Under the pieces are notes generated by a model. It was not told where the DNA came from and ran no database searches. It saw only the letters and a program-made list of their open reading frames with translations. A DNA stretch of 64,000 nucleotides from an uncultured delta proteobacterium (GTDB lineage Bacteria > Myxococcota_A > Polyangia > Haliangiales > Haliangiaceae). Both the position numbers and the translations under genes were made by a program. Below are positions 59,201 to 64,000 of the stretch, piece by piece (positions within the stretch are counted from its first letter, which is position 1; each line of letters begins with the position of its first letter). The stretch is taken from the NCBI GenBank assembly GCA_963848295.1, contig CAWKDB010000004.1:64001-128000 (forward strand), written 5' to 3'.

Positions 59201-59659
59201 CACGAGCGCGTCGCCGCTGTCGATGACATACGTGTTGCCCTCGCGATCGACCGCGACGCCTTCGGGCAGCCAGAGTCCGGTCGCGGTCGCCTTCGCATCG
59301 CCGCCGACGAGCGCGTTCGCGGTCCAACTCGTGACCATGCACGCGTTACAGCCGTCGGCGGGATTGTCGTTGCCGTCGTCGCATTCCTCGCCGGCTTCGA
59401 CGACTCCGTCGCCGCAGAACTGGATACACACGCCATCGAGGCACGTGCCGGGCGCGCTCGACGTCGGGGTGCAAGCGGCCCCATCGGGAACGCCCATGCA
59501 TGCGTCGATCTGATCCTGCGCGACACACGCGTCACCGTCGGGCGAGCACACGTCGTTCGCGGGACACAGCGTGGCGCCGCACGACACGAGATTGTCTCGG
59601 ATGCACCCTCCGGCCGCTAGCGCAAGCGCGATCCCGGCGAGCGCGGGCCGCGACACCAC
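56252..59659 (-). CDS. Large lipoprotein with a myxobacterial Cys-rich repeat and about 18 NHL repeats
   Basis: LALAAGGC lipobox; CGDGVVEAGEECDDGN..DGC; recurring VAG.G..G..GDGG.AT.A.L..P.G.A.D..GN.YIAD..N.RIRR. Confidence 0.88.
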   Translation of the reverse strand: MVSRPALAGIALALAAGGCIRDNLVSCGATLCPANDVCSPDGDACVAQDQIDACMGVPDGAACTPTSSAPGTCLDGVCIQFCGDGVVEAGEECDDGNDNPADGCNACMVTSWTANALVGGDAKATATGLWLPEGVAVDREGNTYVIDSGDALVLRIDAATGVVTTVAGSGVDGFAGDGGPAIYAQFAYAAALAVDGLGNIFVADNGNNRIRRIDAITGIITTVAGDDDHAFVSGDGVPATSASLWHPFGVAVDGLGDLYIADTQNGRVRRVDVDTGLISTVVGVGNGASAGDGGVATAATVSSPYGVVFDAAGNMFVSEQYGHRVRRVDAATGIITTYAGIGTAGFSGDNGPATAAQLQNPQGIALDRAGNLYIADYGNSRIRRVDATTHLISTVAGSNATGFGGDGGLATAAAISAFSVAVDSAGNMFIADGNNQRVREVSPSGVIATAAGTGSRGYSGDGGAATAAPLSYPTSIAVNAAGDIAVADSGNSRVRSVDPATGVISTIAGGDLFATLGDGGLAVDANAGEPISVRFDAAGNLYFVDLDNDLVRRVDAVTSIITTVAGNGTTGFSGDGGPATSAALDGPVGLAIDGHGNIFISDSSNQRIRRVDATTGVISTVAGNGTAGYAGENVAATSAMLNYPLGIAVDSAGNLWIADNDNNRVRRVTAAGLISTVAGLGTQGSMGDGGPGTAAQVDHPSCVAVDAAGNAYICASYSDKIRRLDATTNIITTVVGGGGQYSFIGDGGLATSASLFSPQDVAIDATGAIYVADYENQRIRRVDPATGIIDTVAGQVDPEGTGPIAQAHLANPQALIAGPGLPETLIAGGISGTVEGLGTTTSVVAVIAGRYPQGTATGQLARFRASSFGTVSGIAFDAAASVLYVVESSTNRIDAITVVDPNDADTWTIAPFANTAGATGFADGAVATAMFRSPTGLYLDAATHRLYVADTGNHVIRAIDLGASTIATIAGTPATLGYDGDGGAATNALLYQPQAIAVCPDGDLFIADTGNHRIRRIDSHSVISTVLGNGVADSSGDGGPAATFPVDAPRGLSCDALGNVYTSSTSTVRQLAADPSGVVDGSGTVRTIYGAQPRDTFPASVTRCLTGVAAIDDATVQVTDGCTGLLVELHRPAGG

Positions 59660-59661
59660 GC

Positions 59662-60513
59662 TCAGCGCAAGCCGAGGCTGCGGCCCAGCTCGATCGCGAG
59701 CGCCGACTCCGGGTGGCGTTCGATCCGCTTCGCGCGCGGCTTGTGGCGCGCGGGCAGGTCGGTCAACGACATCGCGATCTCCGGCTTGCGCGCGGGAATC
59801 TGCGGTGGGTCGTCGCCGTCGCCATCGCCGTCGTCTTCCGCTGCCACCGCGACATCGGGATCGAGCGAATCGTCGATGCGCAGCGTCTTGACCACGGTCT
59901 GACCGAGGCGCTCGACGGTGATCTGGACCTCGAGGCTGTCCTTGTCGCGACCGAATGCCGCGACGGCTTGCTCGATCGTCGACACGGCGACGCCGTCGAT
60001 CTTGCGAATCACGTCGCCCTCGGCGAGCGTGCCGAGGCCGAACCACGACGACGGCACCATGACGCCGGATGGCGCGCCGCCGGCGGTGACTTGGGTGAAC
60101 GTATGGCTCTTGTTCGTCACGAGATCGCGGAACCGCTCGAACTGCTGGACGCGGTCGCGGTACCGATCGCGCGAGATCGTCGCCTCGGCGGCGTCGAGCT
60201 TGACCGCGACGCGGACCACGATGGCCTGCGTGCCGCGCATGACATCGAGATAGAAGATCGCTCCGCCGTTGTTCAGCATCGTCAGCCGGGTAGCCGGCTG
60301 GCCATTGATCGCCCGAACGAGATCGCCTTTGACGAGCCCGAGCGATGGGTTGTCGCGCAACGCGAGTAAGCCGACGGGCTCGTCGTGTTGTTCGATCAAC
60401 CCGGGCACCGCCGCGGCCATATCGTTCGCGGTGATCGCTCGGTCGATCACATCCGCTCGGGTCGCTCGGGCGAGCCCGACGACGAGGACGACGACGAACA
60501 AGAGTGTCCTCAT
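59662..60513 (-). CDS. Secreted tandem PDZ-like protein (GspC PDZ-like)
   Basis: Signal peptide; LGLVKGDLVRAING and LAEGDVIRKIDG..ITVERLGQ; acidic tail. Confidence 0.7.
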   Translation of the reverse strand: MRTLLFVVVLVVGLARATRADVIDRAITANDMAAAVPGLIEQHDEPVGLLALRDNPSLGLVKGDLVRAINGQPATRLTMLNNGGAIFYLDVMRGTQAIVVRVAVKLDAAEATISRDRYRDRVQQFERFRDLVTNKSHTFTQVTAGGAPSGVMVPSSWFGLGTLAEGDVIRKIDGVAVSTIEQAVAAFGRDKDSLEVQITVERLGQTVVKTLRIDDSLDPDVAVAAEDDGDGDGDDPPQIPARKPEIAMSLTDLPARHKPRAKRIERHPESALAIELGRSLGLR

Positions 60514-60760
60514 CGTTCCAAATTATCACAGCGAGCAATTCCCCCGCGGATCTTGCGATGCCTTCATCGGCCTACATCGGCGCTGCCGTAGGTCGTGCCC
60601 GGCGTGCGGCCGTCGCGCACGCGTCCGATGATCGTGATCAGCTCGAGCGCGGCCACGGCCGAGCATAGCCGGGTGGACGGCCGTCGGCCGATCGTGTGCC
60701 GACACCCGGGGAAGTCTCAGAAGTCTGAGGACCAGCTAAACCCGTTCGGCCAGTTACGCG

Positions 60761-60775
60761 GGCACTGATCTTGCT
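60761..60775 (+). promoter_or_regulatory. Putative sigma54 promoter abutting start codon
   Basis: GG-CACTGATCTT-GC-T; the C at 60774 is 14 nt before ATG 60788. Confidence 0.7.
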
Positions 60776-60787
60776 GCTCGTCACGCC

Positions 60788-61153
60788 ATGCGCCTTCGAT
60801 TCGCCGCTCCGTGCGTCGTCGCGGCATGCACCAGCCTCAGCCCGCCCGCGACGACCGCGGGAACGTGTACTCCGCCGTTGTCGTGCAGCGGGCCCGAGTG
60901 CCAGCTCGCCACCGCCGAGACCGACGGCAGCCTGTGCCCGGCGTTCGAGCAGCACTATGGGGATTATACGATCATCACCCAACAGGGTACGGATACCGAG
61001 ACCGCGCTCTACTATGACGCGACCGGCAACCTGGCGGCGTCGGTGCACACCGAGCCCAGCGGCAAGTCCGACTGTGCCGGCTCCGCCGCTTTCACCGCAG
61101 AGGCATGCCAGACGCCAACGACGATGCTCGCGGTGTGCGGCGCCCAGCCGTGA
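60788..61153 (+). CDS. Small Cys-containing lipoprotein
   Basis: VVAAC lipobox; YYDATGNL motif; several Cys. Confidence 0.6.
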   Translation: MRLRFAAPCVVAACTSLSPPATTAGTCTPPLSCSGPECQLATAETDGSLCPAFEQHYGDYTIITQQGTDTETALYYDATGNLAASVHTEPSGKSDCAGSAAFTAEACQTPTTMLAVCGAQP

Positions 61154-61200
61154 GACGGCCCCGAACGCAATAGCGCCGGTTGCTCGGGCGTTCGCCTGTC

Positions 61201-61923
61201 ATGCTCGGTCGGCTCGCACTCGCGGTGGTCGGGGTCGCGGCCGCCGGCTCGATCGCGGCGGCCGATCCGCTCGAGCTCGCCGCGATGGACGGTCCATATC
61301 CGACGCTGCGCACGTTCTGCGAGCGCACCGTGCTCGGCGCCGCGGGCTTGCTTGTTGTCGGCGAGTGCCCGATCTCGAAGGTGACCCCTCTCGATGCCCC
61401 GTGGAGCGCAGGGACGTTCGTCCGGTTCGACGTCCACGCCGGCGAGCCGATGTGGTACGCGGCGATCTTCGCGCGCGACGGCTGGTACGTCACCGACGTG
61501 CCGATCTGCAGCGGTCGCGGCTGCGAGCCGTTCATCGGCCCGATCGCGATGTTCGACACCGACGGCGGTCCACAGCTCGCGAAGTTCTCCGCTGGCTGGC
61601 TCCAGCCGGAGCGCCCGGGACCGATCCCGTACAGCTTGGAGCAGCGAGTCGACCTGATCTGCGCGCCCGGGTCGGGGGCGGCGCCGGCGTGTACGAGCGT
61701 ACCGGTCAAGATCGCGATCACTCAAGATACGGATCCCGACGCCGCGCCGCGGACTCGGATCGCCGCGCGCACGAACCTGCGGGTGGCGGCGCGTTGGCGT
61801 TCCGATCGGCTCGTGTTGAGAGTGTCCGGCACGCACCGCGTCACCGGCCACAATCGCGAAGCGACCGGGTGGCGCAAGACCATCGCGTCGATCGTCGGTC
61901 GTCACGTCCTGCCGCTGCCGTGA
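61201..61923 (+). CDS. Hypothetical secreted protein
   Basis: Signal peptide ..SIAAAD; paired cysteines. Confidence 0.6.
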   Translation: MLGRLALAVVGVAAAGSIAAADPLELAAMDGPYPTLRTFCERTVLGAAGLLVVGECPISKVTPLDAPWSAGTFVRFDVHAGEPMWYAAIFARDGWYVTDVPICSGRGCEPFIGPIAMFDTDGGPQLAKFSAGWLQPERPGPIPYSLEQRVDLICAPGSGAAPACTSVPVKIAITQDTDPDAAPRTRIAARTNLRVAARWRSDRLVLRVSGTHRVTGHNREATGWRKTIASIVGRHVLPLP

Positions 61924-61924
61924 G

Positions 61925-63679
61925 TCACTTCGCAGCGAGGACCGATTCGACCATCTGTTGCGACATCGGGTGGTACGACGCCCGGCACTTCGCGTAGCTC
62001 GCGATCGCGAGATCGCGCGTGCGCGGATCGGCGGCGAGCGCGGTGTAGAGCGGTCGCAGATACTTCATCCGGCCGACCTCGGCGACCACTTGCTCGACCC
62101 GCGGCACGACCGCGTGATACCCCGACTTCAACGCGAGCGTCAGCCAGGCGACGAGCACGTCGTAGTTCTTGCTCGCGGTCAGCGCGAACCGTTCGTCGAG
62201 CGCGCGACACGTCGCGTCCGACGCCGGCCGCGGCACGTTCTCGATGAACAGCGACCACTCGGTCGCGTTCCACTTCGCCGCCACCTCGGTCGCCGGCAGC
62301 TCGCCGCGCAGCGCTTCGATCGCATCGAGCCGCGCGGACTTCGGCACCACCGCGCTCGCGGGCAGACCCTCGCCGTCGAGCCACTCGTCGGCGTTCGCCT
62401 TCGCGAGCACACCGGGCAGCGCGGCCTCGATGTGCCGCTCGAAGTCCTCGGTCGTGATCGCGCCGAACCGGAACGCGGCGAGATAGCTGCGCAACCAGCT
62501 CGTGAACGCCTCCCGCCCGACCACGGCTTCGATCACGCACAAGAACATGTAGCCCTTCTCGTACGGGATCAGCGAATAGCACTCGTCGGGGTCGATGCCG
62601 TCGAGGTGCGTGCGCAGCCGCGTCATCCCGGGCCGATCTTTGAACCGCTCGAGCGATTCGTCGAGCTCGCGCCGGCCGAGCGCGGCCGACAGCGCCGCCA
62701 TGTCCGGGCCTTCGAGCGCCTCGGTGATCCGCCGCTCCGCGTACATCGTGAACCCTTCGTTGAGCCAGAAGTGCTCGGCGTTCGCGTTCGTGACGAGGTT
62801 GCCGGTCCACGAGTGCGCCAGCTCGTGGGCGATCACCGAGACGAGCGAACGGTCGCCGGCGACGACGGTCGGTGTGATGAACGTCAGCCGCGGATTCTCC
62901 ATCCCGCCGTACGGAAACGACGGCGGCATCGTCAAGATGTCGAATCGCTCCCAATCGTAAGGGCCGAACAGCGCCTCGGCGGCGTCGATCATCGCCTCGG
63001 CGTCGGCGAACTCGTACGCGGCGGCATCGACGACCGCGGGCTCGGCCCACACCCGACAGCGCGGCGACAGGTCGCGCGATTCGAGATCGCCGATCGCGAG
63101 CGCGAACAGGTACGGCGGGATCGGCTGCGGCATCTCGAAGCGATGGGTCGCGGTCGCACTCTGGTCGCGCCGGCCGCGGTCCGCCGCCGCCATCACGCAG
63201 CGCAGCTCGACCGGGAACACGAGCTCGGCGGTGTAGCGCACGCGCAGCCGCGGCGTGTCTTGCAACGGGATCACCGATCGCGCGTGGATCGCCTGACACT
63301 GCGAGAACAGATATGGCCGCACACCACCGCGGGTCTGGGCCGGCGATAACCACTGCAGCGCGGACGCCTCGGGCGACGTGCGGTAGCCGATCTTGACCGA
63401 AAGTGTCGGCGCGCCGATCTCGATCTCGAGGCGCGATCCGAGATGCGGCTCGGCCGGATGCAGCGTGAAGCGCAGCGGACGCCCGGACGCGTCCGTGACG
63501 TAGTTGATCGCGAGGTCGCGCGTATCGAGATCGAGGCGACCACTGCCCGGTGCGCGGAACGTCAAGACGACCTCCGCCGCGATCGAGCGCGTCGCGAAGT
63601 CGACCTGCGCGTGGAGCATGAACGAGTCGGTCTGCGGCTGGGAGTCGTCGGCGTACGAGTGCGGATCGCGGCGCGTCAT
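61925..63679 (-). CDS. M1 family aminopeptidase (leukotriene A4 hydrolase-like)
   Basis: DPHSY, SQCQAIHARS, YGGMENP, HELAH..WLNEG, PYEKG, VGRMKY. Confidence 0.95.
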   Translation of the reverse strand: MTRRDPHSYADDSQPQTDSFMLHAQVDFATRSIAAEVVLTFRAPGSGRLDLDTRDLAINYVTDASGRPLRFTLHPAEPHLGSRLEIEIGAPTLSVKIGYRTSPEASALQWLSPAQTRGGVRPYLFSQCQAIHARSVIPLQDTPRLRVRYTAELVFPVELRCVMAAADRGRRDQSATATHRFEMPQPIPPYLFALAIGDLESRDLSPRCRVWAEPAVVDAAAYEFADAEAMIDAAEALFGPYDWERFDILTMPPSFPYGGMENPRLTFITPTVVAGDRSLVSVIAHELAHSWTGNLVTNANAEHFWLNEGFTMYAERRITEALEGPDMAALSAALGRRELDESLERFKDRPGMTRLRTHLDGIDPDECYSLIPYEKGYMFLCVIEAVVGREAFTSWLRSYLAAFRFGAITTEDFERHIEAALPGVLAKANADEWLDGEGLPASAVVPKSARLDAIEALRGELPATEVAAKWNATEWSLFIENVPRPASDATCRALDERFALTASKNYDVLVAWLTLALKSGYHAVVPRVEQVVAEVGRMKYLRPLYTALAADPRTRDLAIASYAKCRASYHPMSQQMVESVLAAK

Positions 63680-63715
63680 GGCGGCATGGTTGCACGGAAG
63701 CCGGCGAGCCGTCGT

Positions 63716-64000
63716 CTAGTGACCCGCGGCGATCACCGCGGCCACCGCTTCGTCCGGATCATCGACGATCTGGATGAGCTCGAGATCGGCCTCGGCGATC
63801 TTGCCGCCGGCGAGCACGGTCGTGCGCAACCAGTCGAGCAACCCGGCCCAGTAGGCGCGGCTGTACAGCACGACCGGGAAGTGCGAGATCTTGCCGGTCT
63901 GGATCAGCACCAGCGCCTCGAGCAGCTCGTCGAGCGTGCCGAATCCGCCGGGGAAGATGACGAACGCCGACGAGTACTTGATGAACATCGTCTTGCGCAC
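63716..64000 (-). CDS. LOG family phosphoribohydrolase, C-terminal part (truncated by window end)
   Basis: RKTMF..PGGFGTLDE. Confidence 0.88.
   Translation of the reverse strand: MRKTMFIKYSSAFVIFPGGFGTLDELLEALVLIQTGKISHFPVVLYSRAYWAGLLDWLRTTVLAGGKIAEADLELIQIVDDPDEAVAAVIAAGH

Noticed and set aside
56252..59300. CRISPR-like or DNA-level repeat array
   Set aside because: The periodicity is protein-level NHL repeats with degenerate codons; no identical repeats with spacers seen in the window
59660..60538. N-terminal extensions of longest-ORF calls (e.g. 1428-aa NHL, 936-aa kinase, 676-aa flavoprotein, 550-aa desaturase)
   Set aside because: The extensions are off-frame readings of neighbouring genes; real starts are marked by signal peptides, stop/start overlaps or promoter motifs

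Overview
GC-rich bacterial DNA, very probably Myxococcota (a MYXO-CTERM-type sorting tail, a myxobacterial Cys-rich repeat, a membrane Ser/Thr kinase, many sigma54 promoters). It holds about 58 protein-coding genes or fragments. I found no rRNA, tRNA, CRISPR array or intact mobile element. Main blocks: (1) 1-5.8 kb, an acetate/stress cluster (ackA end, USP, Zn-ADH, cold-shock domain, GNAT plus acyl-CoA ligase fusion). (2) 10.8-16.9 kb, a translationally coupled TetR-led lipid-tailoring operon: three membrane desaturases (one cytochrome b5-fused), a PUFA-isomerase (PAI)-like flavoprotein and a Cfa-type methyltransferase; this is the best candidate for an undescribed pathway. (3) 16.9-23.6 kb, a histidine kinase/NtrC pair followed by a sigma54 promoter, an NdvB-like GT2 and a GH1. 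(4) 24-43 kb, mixed accessory genes including a SurA-POTRA fusion and an RHH-Xis regulator coupled to clpP. (5) 43.2-55.3 kb, a complete but rearranged eboA-F set interrupted by two sigma54-driven exported alpha-glucan enzymes: a PQQ-type dehydrogenase/2xCxxCH/CBM20 lipoprotein and a GH31 with a sorting tail. (6) 55-64 kb, MotB/OmpA-like, 18-blade NHL lipoprotein, tandem PDZ, M1 aminopeptidase and LOG genes. Many sigma70-type and sigma54-type promoter motifs sit directly against start codons, suggesting widespread leaderless mRNAs. All family calls come from motif recognition by eye, not database searches.
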